Assembly (NCBI GenBank): GCA_964597775.1
Contig: CAZQZJ010000003.1
Coordinates: 1-59,311 of the forward strand
From: an uncultured Methanosarcinales archaeon
GTDB taxonomy: Archaea; Nanobdellota; Nanobdellia; Woesearchaeales; JAGWAF01
Direction: 5' to 3'
DNA length: 59,311 nt
How positions within the stretch are numbered: the stretch's first letter is position 1; every line of letters begins with the position of its first letter. This document shows positions 35,948 to 46,670 of the stretch, piece by piece. The translations under genes and the position numbers were made by a program. Below the pieces are notes generated by a model that saw only the letters and a list, made by a program, of their open reading frames with translations, searched no databases and had not been told where the DNA came from.

Positions 35948-36611
35948 TTCGGTGCCCATACAGTTTGTAACAACTCCAGCTTTAAAAACATATCGGCAAG
36001 CTTGTGAACTCTTCGCCAATTTTTGTTTCACAAAAACCATTGTACTTTGACTCGGTCACTTCGTGACGAATATAACCGGAGAAGCCGTCCCACAATTCTT
36101 CCCTAATAACCCCATTTCCAAAAAAAAAGATAATTTAGGGGAATTTAGCAGTATTTCGTCTGCATCATTCTCCGTAATACATGAGAATCCTTTTCCTATC
36201 TGTTCCTGAATATATCTTTTATGCCAAATTGTTAATTCTCATCTCTTGGCATTGCCCCTCAATAATTGATTTCAAAACTTCTTTAAATTAAATGGTTTGC
36301 GTGAGAAAATTGGAAACACAGCTTCCAAATTCTTGGAACAGAGTTCCAAGAAACCCAGATTTAGCTGGATTTATTTTAGGAGTATGTCATTCTTGCTTGT
36401 GCAAAAATGGGACGTCGCTCGCACTTATCTTTATTGTATTATCTTTTTCTTCAGACGATCTTGCAGTGTCATCTGACGCAATTTCAGATTATGCTCTAAA
36501 TGATTAATAATCACATTTGTATTTAGTGTACGAAGATCAAGCAGATCACCAGCAAGCCTAAACTCTGGCTTTAACCTTTGTTCTTGTGACTTCACTTTTA
36601 ATCTGTTCATT

Positions 36612-37133
36612 CTAATGACCCTCAAACTCAACTAATGTAAACACCTTGTATTTATCAAGCTTCTCTTTTCCTCTTAGATCTGGAAGACCTATTACAAATG
36701 CGCATTCATGAACAATCCCACCAACCTGCTCAACTAACTTTGTTGCTGCTAGTACTGTACCACCAGTAGCAATCAGATCATCAACCACCAGCACACGATC
36801 ACCAGACTTTAGTGCATCAACATGCATCTCTATCTTATCAAAACCATACTCAAGCGCATATTCCTGCTCAACAACCTTACCAGGCAGCTTGCCTTTCTTT
36901 CTTATTGGAACAAAGGGCTTATTCAAACGATCTGCTAATGCAGCACCAATAATAAAACCACGAGCCTCAATACCAGCAACTACATCTACATCTTGATGCT
37001 GATAACGCTGTGCAAGCTGATTAATAGTTTGCTGAAATGCCTCTTTATTACCAAGCAAAGTAGTAATGTCACGAAACATAATACCAGATTTTGGAAAGTT
37101 TGGAATTGTACGAATGGCTGATTTGAGATCCAT
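36612..37133 (-). CDS. apt: Adenine phosphoribosyltransferase
   Basis: IPNFPKSGIMFRDIT, GIEARGF, YALEYG and VDDLIATGGT. Confidence 0.97.
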   Translation of the reverse strand: MDLKSAIRTIPNFPKSGIMFRDITTLLGNKEAFQQTINQLAQRYQHQDVDVVAGIEARGFIIGAALADRLNKPFVPIRKKGKLPGKVVEQEYALEYGFDKIEMHVDALKSGDRVLVVDDLIATGGTVLAATKLVEQVGGIVHECAFVIGLPDLRGKEKLDKYKVFTLVEFEGH

Positions 37134-37290
37134 ATTCTTAGAATAAAGGGTTCATATAAATGACTTGCGAAAAGTCACAGCAACAAATATATAGTACAAA
37201 CAGGTGAAGAGTAAACGTGTTTGGTCGAGCTCAGATCACTTTGTTTATTAGTTACCACATAGTTGTACTTAATAATTGGTAATACAATGC

Positions 37291-38076
37291 TCACATCATC
37301 GACGTCTTGATTGCCTCACGACAAGCACAATTCTCAAACCCTATTCTGGGAATTACCTTAATAATGAGCTTCTTCACATTCTCAGCATTTCTCTTCATTT
37401 TTTCAAGAACCATATCTAAAGTAACAGGCTCCTCAGCTTCACGCCAACAATCATAATCTGTAGACATAGCAATAGGCTGATAACAAATACCAGCTTCCCT
37501 TGCAAGAACAGCCTCAGGAACTGTAGTCATATTAATCACATCAGCACCCCACATACGAAACATGTGAGACTCTGCTTTAGTTGAAAATCGTGGACCTTCA
37601 ATTGTGACCATAGTCCCTTTTTTGTGATGTTCAAGATTGAGCTCTACTGCTGTTTCTGATAAAAGAGATCTGAGCTGTGGACAAAATGGCTCTGCCATAG
37701 AAATGTGACAAACTTCTTGACCTTCATAGAATGTTTGATATCGTTTTGTAGTACGATCAATAAATTGATCAATAAAAACTAGATTGCCAGGCCGAATCTC
37801 CTCACGCAAAGAACCACAAGCTGTAGGAGCAAGAATATGAGTAACACCAAGATCCTTAAGAGCCCAGATATTTGCTCTTGAGTTGACATGTGTTGGATTG
37901 ATTTGATGCCTATTACCATGCCTTGGAATAATCACACAAGCAACACCATCTAAGCTACCAGTGGTAATAAGATCACTAGGAGTACCATATGGCGTGTGTT
38001 TTTTTATCTGTTGTATGTTACCTAGTATGTTAGGATTATCTATTCCAGAACCGCCAATAATACCAATCTTTACCAT
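37291..38076 (-). CDS. mtnP: 5'-methylthioadenosine phosphorylase
   Basis: [38 protein letters not shown] and TDYDCW. Confidence 0.95.
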   Translation of the reverse strand: MVKIGIIGGSGIDNPNILGNIQQIKKHTPYGTPSDLITTGSLDGVACVIIPRHGNRHQINPTHVNSRANIWALKDLGVTHILAPTACGSLREEIRPGNLVFIDQFIDRTTKRYQTFYEGQEVCHISMAEPFCPQLRSLLSETAVELNLEHHKKGTMVTIEGPRFSTKAESHMFRMWGADVINMTTVPEAVLAREAGICYQPIAMSTDYDCWREAEEPVTLDMVLEKMKRNAENVKKLIIKVIPRIGFENCACREAIKTSMM

Positions 38077-38083
38077 ATTCCCA

Positions 38084-38596
38084 TTACCCCTTTGGAATCC
38101 TCATTGCAAAACGCTTTTCTAGACCAGTATGCAATCCATCCATAAGCGCCTGATACTCCAATGCACTTATATCCTTTTCCTTATCATACTCAGAAAATCT
38201 AGACTCCAACAATAAAACATGATACGCAGTCTTTCCAAGAAACTCAAACAAATCCTCTGGATGAGAACCATACTTTAGAAAATATGAAACAATATCATGC
38301 ACAAAATTAACCTGATACACCTCATTTTGATTACGATCCAATGTACGACTACGAAGTTCAACCAAACTATCTAAACCAGATTCATTCTTGGATTGACACA
38401 GCCTCCAAAGTTCTCTTAACAAACGAGATTTCTCCTTATTCCTAAACTCCTTGGTAAAACCACTTGCATAAACCTTCCTATTTTCATCATAATTTTCAAA
38501 AGTCGAATGAGCAATCACCACACCAACCTGAGTATCCTCTAATCCAATACTATTTGCCTGCTTAAAAATCTGATAAAAATTCTTCATTACATTCAC
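38084..38596 (-). CDS. Hypothetical protein
   Basis: 170-aa ORF tightly packed in the phoH-mtnP operon. Confidence 0.7.
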   Translation of the reverse strand: MNVMKNFYQIFKQANSIGLEDTQVGVVIAHSTFENYDENRKVYASGFTKEFRNKEKSRLLRELWRLCQSKNESGLDSLVELRSRTLDRNQNEVYQVNFVHDIVSYFLKYGSHPEDLFEFLGKTAYHVLLLESRFSEYDKEKDISALEYQALMDGLHTGLEKRFAMRIPKG

Positions 38597-40413
38597 CTAT
38601 TAAGCACAGCTACTAACTCAGCAACTGGCGAACGCTTTATCTCTTTATCAGGAAAACTGTAATGCGCATACAACTTTTCTCCAGGAAGCTTATCAAGAAT
38701 CATGGAAAACCCATTGCTCTCATACGACAAGAGACGCATCTCATGAATCTGAGAAGGGTCACCTGCAATCACTAACTTTGAATTACGACCAATACGACCA
38801 ACAATAACCTTCATCTCCTGCTGCGTATAATCATGAGCCTCATCAACAAAGACAAAGGCATTCCGAATCGTACGACCACTCATAAATGTCAATGGCTCAA
38901 TCTTAAGAATCTTATACTTCTCAAGAAGACTCATCTGATTTTCAATAGCAGACTTTTGATCAAGAGAAGCACCATCATAATTAAAAATTTCATACACAGT
39001 ATCCTCAATAGGACCAACCCATGCACTCAACTTCTCATCTTTACTACCAGGCAAATATCCAATATCAGGCCCCTTTGTCACCAATGGCCTCATATAAATA
39101 ATCCGCTGATACTGCCCATCACGAACCTGCATCAAAGCGGCAAGCAATGAACAAAGAGTCTTACCAGTACCAGCCTTACCTAGAATCGAAACCACACTAA
39201 TATGAGGATTAAGCAAGAGTTCCATAACATTTTCCTGATGCCTTGTCAATTGATATGGGGGACACAAGCGCAGGTACACAGGATTTTTCACATTTTTTGA
39301 CCCAATCACATGCTCTAATGCAACAACAAAACCAAACATTCTCTTATATTTATCAGCATCATTCTCTGCCTGACCAATATTATTATACTCATTAAGCTTG
39401 GTTCTTTTTTGAAAAGGATCCTTTATACCAGCGATCAAATTTTTTGCTGTTTTGCTAAGCTGCTTAAATGAAGAAGACTTATTTATTACCACCTCAGATT
39501 CGCTAAATTGTGAAGATACACCTGAATCGCCTTTTTTCCCAGAAAAATTCTTTGACCGAAAAAACCTAAATCCATATATCCTTTTTTTGTCTGCATCAAC
39601 AAAACCAACTCGCGCTACATCTTGACCTGAAGCATACATATACACAACCTGATTTGGCTTAATCGAACTCAAATTACTCTCACCCAGAATATCCTCTATT
39701 GGCAATCTACGTTTTTTTACAAAATCCTTTAACACACCCCCACTCACCATCTTCTCTACCCAACCAATATAAAGCTGATTTGGATCCCTTACAGCATGAA
39801 ACCGATACTTCTGAGCCTCAACACCTAATTCCATTGCCTTTTTGCGTGCATGCATATCATCAGAAACAAAAAACACTTTCACAGGAGACAAACGCTGCTG
39901 CAACTGATTTATAGCACCAACAATCCTTGCATCTGGAGAAGGATTATACAAACCCTTTACAAAACTCTCATCCCCAGAATCAAACCTAAAATACAATGCC
40001 TTATTTTCCAACTCAATACCTGAATTAGCAAGCTCCCTAGAAGACTTATAAAAACCTAATTGGGTTATATATTCAAAAACGCTAATTGCCTTTGTAGCAG
40101 AAGCACGAACTGCCTCAGACTTATCCTTTCTTCCCTTAAGATGATCCAATTCATCATCAACTGTTGAAAGAAGAATCACACCATTTGGATCAGGAGAATA
40201 ACTCACTGCCTGATTTGCAAACAAATCACCAAGACGATCCTTGGTCAACTCCTCAGGAATCTTATTACCACTAAGCACAAAGGCAGCAAAACCACAACTG
40301 GCAATCAACACATTTGTATCAGGAACATAAACCTGCTTAATATTATTAGCCAGCAAACGATCCTTTGTATTCTCAATAAGCGCTTCTAAACCCTTGCTAG
40401 ATAATAACCCCAT
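38593..40413 (-). CDS. PIN-PhoH (PhoH2-like) protein
   Basis: PIN YVPDTNVLI...D...DD; ATPase GKAGTGKT, GYLPGSKDEK, GRTI, VFVDEA and GDPSQ. Confidence 0.9.
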   Translation of the reverse strand: MGLLSSKGLEALIENTKDRLLANNIKQVYVPDTNVLIASCGFAAFVLSGNKIPEELTKDRLGDLFANQAVSYSPDPNGVILLSTVDDELDHLKGRKDKSEAVRASATKAISVFEYITQLGFYKSSRELANSGIELENKALYFRFDSGDESFVKGLYNPSPDARIVGAINQLQQRLSPVKVFFVSDDMHARKKAMELGVEAQKYRFHAVRDPNQLYIGWVEKMVSGGVLKDFVKKRRLPIEDILGESNLSSIKPNQVVYMYASGQDVARVGFVDADKKRIYGFRFFRSKNFSGKKGDSGVSSQFSESEVVINKSSSFKQLSKTAKNLIAGIKDPFQKRTKLNEYNNIGQAENDADKYKRMFGFVVALEHVIGSKNVKNPVYLRLCPPYQLTRHQENVMELLLNPHISVVSILGKAGTGKTLCSLLAALMQVRDGQYQRIIYMRPLVTKGPDIGYLPGSKDEKLSAWVGPIEDTVYEIFNYDGASLDQKSAIENQMSLLEKYKILKIEPLTFMSGRTIRNAFVFVDEAHDYTQQEMKVIVGRIGRNSKLVIAGDPSQIHEMRLLSYESNGFSMILDKLPGEKLYAHYSFPDKEIKRSPVAELVAVLNR

Positions 40414-40477
40414 AATACAAACAGGAACACACCAGTATTTTTAAGCATGCATTGTCCCTAACAAGGAAATAAACTTT

Positions 40478-42316
40478 CTATGTAATTGTACTTCTTGTTT
40501 CTAACTCAACCCACTTTTGAATAATTTGAGGAGGAGTTCCTGCTTGACGAATCAAATTTCCATGAGTTGCAACCCAGGTATAATTACCTGGACGAATAGC
40601 AAGCAAATCAAATTGCGGCGCAACACTCGAGGCTGGATCAAGCCTGGCATGAACCTTGACAAAAGAAATCCCATTATCCCCCAAATAAGATGCATACTGC
40701 AGAGTGGTACGTAAACATGCAAAACTTGCATCACCACCACCTGTCTGATTCAGACGACCGAAATAGCTATCACAGAGTGCCTGCTGCTGATAAGAATAAA
40801 AATCCTCATACAAATACTGAACAGAATAATTCTGCAACAACCCAACCACAGTATTGCTATTATTACCATACAACATCACTGCTGTATCTGCAACACGCTT
40901 ATTTATATCAACAAAAGGAGAGGCATGTGTGCGACGCGCAAGAACCACCTTTTTACCAGTAAGAGCATTAAACGCAAACCCTGTTTCTTCATGCGTCACT
41001 AGAAATACAGCAGTATTTGGCACAGTATCAATAATCTCTGAAGCAAGCACAAACATAGGATTTTCTTGCCTACCAACACGAGTCCACTGATCTGAATCAT
41101 ACATCCCATAAATACCATATGCATGAGCAACAACAAGCAATGCTGCAACACAAAAACAAATGGATTTGAGATTTGCACTAGAAAGTGATCGATATATAAT
41201 ATAGATTGCCATAACAAAGAGAAGAGGCTGTGCAAGATCAAACACATACCCAAATGCATAATACCCAATCGATGTCTTAAAAAGGGGAAGGGTTAGAAGA
41301 GGATGAAAAAAACCAATTGCAGCTGTAACAAAAACAAGAAACGGAACATGAAACCTACGCATTCTAGTTAGAGAGAAAAAAAGACCTGCAAGAGCAAGCA
41401 ATGAAAAAGGAAGATTAACCCACATCCTTAGATTAAAAAACAAATACTCCACCATATCCCAAACAGCACCAAATGTAAGAGTATCACCTGCAGCAACATA
41501 ATCTGCCCAACGATTCGGCGTAACTCCATGATATACAAAAAAAGCAGGAGCCCAAAATAACATTCCAATAGGCAAACCAATCAAAAGAATCGGCAACACC
41601 CACAACACTTGCTGCTTTATACTATCAAAAACATCATTTATGCGGATCAACTGGAAACTGGAATTATCATATCTTACATGCTGCTCAATAACCCTCCACA
41701 CCATAAGAAGCCCGAGATAAATAAAAGCAGCAATCCACAATGCCACCTGAGACAAACCAGTAAGACCAAGAGCAATCCCTGCAAACACACGCTTTGGTAA
41801 AGATGGCAAGGATGTCGCAGTTGAAACTGCAAGAATAAAAAGAGGAAAAATCACAAGTTGACCAAATGGACTTGGAGCTGCATGCGGTATCTGCAAAGTA
41901 ACCCAATACATTGCAAAAAGCAAACCAAAGGTCTTACTCTCAAAGACATGCAACCCTAACAAATAGGAAATAATCCCTGAAAACAAAGTAGTAAAAAGTG
42001 GAGCATAGATATCAGCAGAAAGAGCAGATAATCCACTTATCTTTGCAAAAACAACCACCAAAAGATGAAAGATCCAAGGATAATGAGCATACTCACCTAA
42101 AAATTGTGAACTCATCAAAGGAGACCCACCATTATAAATATGATTAACAACACTAAAATGATAATACACATCCCCACCATACACAGGACTTGGAAGAGAA
42201 TAAAACTGAGAAAAAAGAAAAAACTCTATACCTAACCAGACAAGTAGAACACTACAAACTGCAATTGTTTGCCACGACAAAAAAAAATCACGAATACCCA
42301 TATTAAATTGTGGCAT
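40478..42316 (-). CDS. Multi-TM GT-C-fold glycosyltransferase-like protein
   Basis: GGDVYYH and HYPWIFH first-loop motifs, about 11 TM and a soluble C-terminal domain; overlaps the aglB stop. Confidence 0.6.
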   Translation of the reverse strand: MPQFNMGIRDFFLSWQTIAVCSVLLVWLGIEFFLFSQFYSLPSPVYGGDVYYHFSVVNHIYNGGSPLMSSQFLGEYAHYPWIFHLLVVVFAKISGLSALSADIYAPLFTTLFSGIISYLLGLHVFESKTFGLLFAMYWVTLQIPHAAPSPFGQLVIFPLFILAVSTATSLPSLPKRVFAGIALGLTGLSQVALWIAAFIYLGLLMVWRVIEQHVRYDNSSFQLIRINDVFDSIKQQVLWVLPILLIGLPIGMLFWAPAFFVYHGVTPNRWADYVAAGDTLTFGAVWDMVEYLFFNLRMWVNLPFSLLALAGLFFSLTRMRRFHVPFLVFVTAAIGFFHPLLTLPLFKTSIGYYAFGYVFDLAQPLLFVMAIYIIYRSLSSANLKSICFCVAALLVVAHAYGIYGMYDSDQWTRVGRQENPMFVLASEIIDTVPNTAVFLVTHEETGFAFNALTGKKVVLARRTHASPFVDINKRVADTAVMLYGNNSNTVVGLLQNYSVQYLYEDFYSYQQQALCDSYFGRLNQTGGGDASFACLRTTLQYASYLGDNGISFVKVHARLDPASSVAPQFDLLAIRPGNYTWVATHGNLIRQAGTPPQIIQKWVELETRSTIT

Positions 42317-45122
42317 TCTTAACCACAGACTTATTCTTAGACTTTAAAGAAACACCCTTAGATACCTGAGTAACATTAGTAGTAAAATTATATTGGCTAT
42401 ACGGATAATTCGTGCTATTCCCATCCCAATCAACACGATATGTAATAACACGCGCACCAGTCACACCACTCTGATCATAAAACTTATCAAAATACTGCAA
42501 ACCCAATCCCTCTAAGAAATACATTCGCGTAAAAAGCCCAGTACCTAATGGGTACTGAGAAAAAATCATCGTATAATCAGAAGTAGAGGAAGGCAACAAA
42601 AGCCCATCAAGCTCATTAACACTTTGATTAAATGATTTTATACGAAGCTCACCATTCTCAACATACACCAAACGCTTGACACTTGACACCCCATTATTCT
42701 GATTAGGACTCCAATTAGTCAGATTAACCTCAACACCATTCTGACACCTCACAATATCATCCTGCTTTTTACACCCAGAACCACCTGCATAACCAGGCCA
42801 AGGAGCAATCCAACTATTAATACTTCGATCATCATGCAAAGACCTTAACTCATCAACAAGTCGTGTTGCCTGAGCCTCATCAAGACCCAGACTTTGAACA
42901 TACTCAATAGATTGACGCCTTGAAGTATTCTTTGTATTAATATAGATATTTGCCCTTGTAAAATTCCAACTCCCAAAATGCGCCCAAACACCACCCTTAC
43001 CAATCATATCATCACTTGCAATCACAAAAGACTCAGGAGGATTACAATGCGTGTACTCAAGAATATGATCAGGATCAGAGACATTACTCTTAAGAAGCTC
43101 TACACGCGCAGCATCAAGATCCAACTTAAATATGCTATACAATAGGTCAACAGCTTTAACAGTATCATTACCAAACTCTTGCTCAAGCAAATCAGCTGCA
43201 CGATTACTACCACAATTAAGCATACGCAAAATACCAACAGCCTCTTTTTCATCAGAATCAAGCAGCATTTTACCAACCCAATGAGCAACTGGCGTATTCT
43301 GTGTTCCACCATCAAAGGTTGTTGGACGCTGAGCAACAGCCTTAAACCAATGCCCAAAATCCCACCAAGACGTAAGAATAGCATTAGGCTCTGCAACATC
43401 ACGAATATGCGTAAGCGAACTCCACCAAGCATCAGAAATAAGAGGAATATTCTGTTTACTCACAGCCTTTGCAGAAGGCCACTGATTACTAAAAATAAGC
43501 ATGATAAAAAGAATAACAGCAATAACATTTTTTGCTGATGGAACACCCATATGATCATACAGCCACTTTCCAATCACCTCACAAAGATTTCCAACAAAAC
43601 TTGCAAAACAAATCGTAATCGGAAGCGAAAGCAACATCAGAAAACGAACACCCTTAGTACTTGCATACACAGTAGATGCAATCCAAAACAACAAAATAAG
43701 ACCAAACTTAAAATCATAATGATTATGCTCATCTTTTTTTGTCATAGCAAAACCAATCCCTATTAATGCAATAATTGCATATGTCCAACCACCAATACTA
43801 CCAAGAATACCCTGCAAATCAACAGTATTAAGCTCAGCCACAGTTGTATACACATTTGGCCACAAAGTTTGTTTTGCAGCTGCCTGAATAGCTATAAAAA
43901 GAAAAGGTTGTTTTGCAGCCTCAATAAAAAAATTAAACTCACGAAAGATTGTTACAAAAAAACCTGAGCTGAAGATGTATACTACTAGAACTAGTGCAGT
44001 TGTCTTAAGAGATTTAAGGGTTGTTGCAGGCTCTCTGCGATACGAGATAGATGCACGCAGAATCATATAAGCAATAGTACCAGCAAGTGCAATCCAAAAC
44101 ACATGCCACCACCCACTCCATGCCCAAGCATACAACCCACTTAACAAACCAGCAAGCCCTGACCATACTAGCTTTGTACGAAGGGTTTTTCCATCATAGG
44201 CCTCAAGATACGCCCAAATCACCAACAAAGGAAAAACAATACTATACACATCAGTATCTGGCACACCAGCACTGGTACGCGCAAGTGTAGCTGGATTAAT
44301 AGCCATATACAATGCTGCAAAAAAACCACCAATAGGACCTGCAAACTTACGACCAATAAAAAATGCAGGAATAGGAGCAATAAGAGCTATAAGAAATGGA
44401 AGCCAAAACATCGTCTTAAACACAGTCACACTTGGATCAAAGAAATGCCAAAGCCCATACATCCAGGCTCCAAGATGAATATGCAAATTATCACCGGGAG
44501 GAATACCAAGAGGAGCAAGAACAAAGGTATCCCACAGAACAGTGCCATTAATAATCGCATTTCCCAAATGCCCATACTGAACCAGATTCCACGTCTCCCT
44601 AAAATATGCATATGAATCAATATCTAAAAGCATATGATCACCATCAGGCGTACGATACCTTGACTTAAAATACTCAGATTGCGACTTAACCTGCTCATCA
44701 AGCTGAGCCTTATTCTCCTGCAAAAAACGCTGCAAATCAACCTGAATCAACTCATTACGCTTATCAACAGGAAGATTCGGATACTGCCTCTGAATCTGCG
44801 CAGTTATTGATCCTCTTACATTATTTGTAAGCGTATCACGAGCCCACCCATCAGTAATAGGCATCTCCCATGGAGTCGCACGCAAATATGCTGAAAACCC
44901 AATTGCAATAAGAATAAAAATCGCTGCATGATGAACAACAAGAAAATGCCAAACAGCTTTAGGATTCCATGAAATAGCAACATCATCTGTATGCATATCT
45001 TCTCTATGTGTACCATCTTTATGGGATGACTTGTGTGTTTCATGCTCTTCACCACCTTTCTTAAAAATATTCTTTAACCAAGAAAGATTAAGCTCAACCT
45101 CATCATCTTTTTTATTTGTCAT
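42303..45122 (-). CDS. aglB: Oligosaccharyltransferase AglB (STT3)
   Basis: DIDSYAY, PDTD, VAELN, RF, WWDFGH and FDGGT motifs. Confidence 0.95.
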   Translation of the reverse strand: MTNKKDDEVELNLSWLKNIFKKGGEEHETHKSSHKDGTHREDMHTDDVAISWNPKAVWHFLVVHHAAIFILIAIGFSAYLRATPWEMPITDGWARDTLTNNVRGSITAQIQRQYPNLPVDKRNELIQVDLQRFLQENKAQLDEQVKSQSEYFKSRYRTPDGDHMLLDIDSYAYFRETWNLVQYGHLGNAIINGTVLWDTFVLAPLGIPPGDNLHIHLGAWMYGLWHFFDPSVTVFKTMFWLPFLIALIAPIPAFFIGRKFAGPIGGFFAALYMAINPATLARTSAGVPDTDVYSIVFPLLVIWAYLEAYDGKTLRTKLVWSGLAGLLSGLYAWAWSGWWHVFWIALAGTIAYMILRASISYRREPATTLKSLKTTALVLVVYIFSSGFFVTIFREFNFFIEAAKQPFLFIAIQAAAKQTLWPNVYTTVAELNTVDLQGILGSIGGWTYAIIALIGIGFAMTKKDEHNHYDFKFGLILLFWIASTVYASTKGVRFLMLLSLPITICFASFVGNLCEVIGKWLYDHMGVPSAKNVIAVILFIMLIFSNQWPSAKAVSKQNIPLISDAWWSSLTHIRDVAEPNAILTSWWDFGHWFKAVAQRPTTFDGGTQNTPVAHWVGKMLLDSDEKEAVGILRMLNCGSNRAADLLEQEFGNDTVKAVDLLYSIFKLDLDAARVELLKSNVSDPDHILEYTHCNPPESFVIASDDMIGKGGVWAHFGSWNFTRANIYINTKNTSRRQSIEYVQSLGLDEAQATRLVDELRSLHDDRSINSWIAPWPGYAGGSGCKKQDDIVRCQNGVEVNLTNWSPNQNNGVSSVKRLVYVENGELRIKSFNQSVNELDGLLLPSSTSDYTMIFSQYPLGTGLFTRMYFLEGLGLQYFDKFYDQSGVTGARVITYRVDWDGNSTNYPYSQYNFTTNVTQVSKGVSLKSKNKSVVKNATI

Positions 45123-45161
45123 CGTCCCTACTGGGCAACTCTGCCTGATTTTTAAATCTAT

Positions 45162-46244
45162 CTAGATTAAGAATTTTGCAAACCTCCATAACCTTGGCTC
45201 TTGAAGCAAGAGTTTAAAAAAGAATTTCTTTGGATGATCACGATCATGACACTCCAAAAGCTGCTTATTCTTATCTGACTTAAAAATATCAATAAGCATA
45301 TTCCAATTTGCATCAGTAAATTTATCCATTACTTGTCTCATCTTTAAATGCAACCACAAATCAAGACCCATACTTTTACGCCACTCTTTTTCATAACTCC
45401 GATTATTAATAATTGCATCTGCACATGCCTTAGCAGCTATCATTGACTGAATAATACCACCACCAGTCGTAGCTTTCACCTGAAGCGCAGCATCACCAAT
45501 AAGGTATATATTGCCTTTTTGAGTTACCACATTTGGATTATAAATAGGCACAAGACCACCTTGATATGAAATAAACTTAGTCACACCACGATTCTTACAC
45601 ATCAAATCAAAAATTGCCTTACCCTGACGATGAGCAAGCAAACCAATCCGAACAACATCACTATTCTCTGGAACAATCCATGAAAACGTACCTATATTTG
45701 TAAAAAATTCGATCTTATTATCATTAGGAAGATACGCCCTTGCTTGAACACCAAACCAGAACTTACGATCACACCACATACCATTATTCTTTGCAATCAT
45801 ACTTGTCGGACCATCAGCACCAATAAGATAATCATGCTTTACACTCTTAATATTCTGTTGTGCAATATCCTTAACCCTAGTTGTGGTTTTTGTGTTAGAT
45901 TGCACACGATGCTTTGTATAAAACATCGCACCAGCATCCTGCGCCTTCTTAGCAAGATGCCTATCAAATTCCTCACGATGAATAATCACATTATCCCTCT
46001 TCATACTCACATCAACATAGTTTGAACCACAGATAATACGCGCAACCTGCGAGGTATTCACGAGAACAGGCTTAATATCTAAAAATGAATAAAGCTGACT
46101 AGTAAGAATCCCAGTACATTGAAATGGTTCACCAATGGTTTCATGCTCTTCAAAAACAGACACCCTAAACCCAGCCTTTGCAAGCTGATAAGCTGCCCAA
46201 TTTCCTGCAGGACCTGCACCAACAATCGTAACACGCTTTGCCAT
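45162..46244 (-). CDS. Geranylgeranyl reductase-family flavoprotein
   Basis: IVGAGPAG, QCTG, IGADGPTS, SWIVP and IGDAALQVKATTGGGI. Confidence 0.9.
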   Translation of the reverse strand: MAKRVTIVGAGPAGNWAAYQLAKAGFRVSVFEEHETIGEPFQCTGILTSQLYSFLDIKPVLVNTSQVARIICGSNYVDVSMKRDNVIIHREEFDRHLAKKAQDAGAMFYTKHRVQSNTKTTTRVKDIAQQNIKSVKHDYLIGADGPTSMIAKNNGMWCDRKFWFGVQARAYLPNDNKIEFFTNIGTFSWIVPENSDVVRIGLLAHRQGKAIFDLMCKNRGVTKFISYQGGLVPIYNPNVVTQKGNIYLIGDAALQVKATTGGGIIQSMIAAKACADAIINNRSYEKEWRKSMGLDLWLHLKMRQVMDKFTDANWNMLIDIFKSDKNKQLLECHDRDHPKKFFFKLLLQEPRLWRFAKFLI

Positions 46245-46330
46245 AAAGACCTACACAATAAGAGTAGTTTATAATGATTAAGAAAGAAGAACTTTGAATA
46301 ACCCATTGATAAAAAAATACCCCACAATGA

Positions 46331-46595
46331 AAAAATGGGAGCGCCCCTTTTAAACCACCTTCTGCCTTGCTTTATTTCAGAATTGGGTTCAATACCCCAC
46401 AGCTCTGCTACTGTTGCACAATCCGATTCTGAAATTAGAAATTGTTGGTCGCGAAGCGAGAAAACTGACCAATATCCCACAGCTTGCTGCGGAGTGAGCG
46501 AAGCGAAGGGTGGGATGGTCAGTTTTCAGGCAATTTCTTTATTCTTGGTACAAAAACTTAAGTTGGCCAGAGGCCGACATTAAACGTTTTTTTAT
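46331..46595. repeat. Palindromic module array S-P-Q-A (P and Q inverted relative to the 22.6 kb array)
   Basis: By manual alignment P (46374-46435) differs from 22804-22865 at 4 of 62 positions and Q (46439-46543) from 22583-22687 at 8 of about 105; A at 46548-46595. Confidence 0.92.
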
Positions 46596-46670
46596 AAGTA
46601 ACTAAAACACCCAAGTTTAAAAATGATATATCATTATTAGTATTGGATCAATTTGGATTGATCATCTGCA

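Noticed and set aside
29293-36490. Stop-codon reassignment suggested by ORFs with internal stops
   Set aside because: The internal stops are of different types (TAG, TAA, TGA) and all conserved genes terminate normally with code 11.
36105-36600. Reading-frame fragments with single internal stops on the minus strand, and ORFs 36292..36507 and 36431..36631
   Set aside because: Probably decayed cassette DNA, but I cannot recognise any protein or decide the frame.
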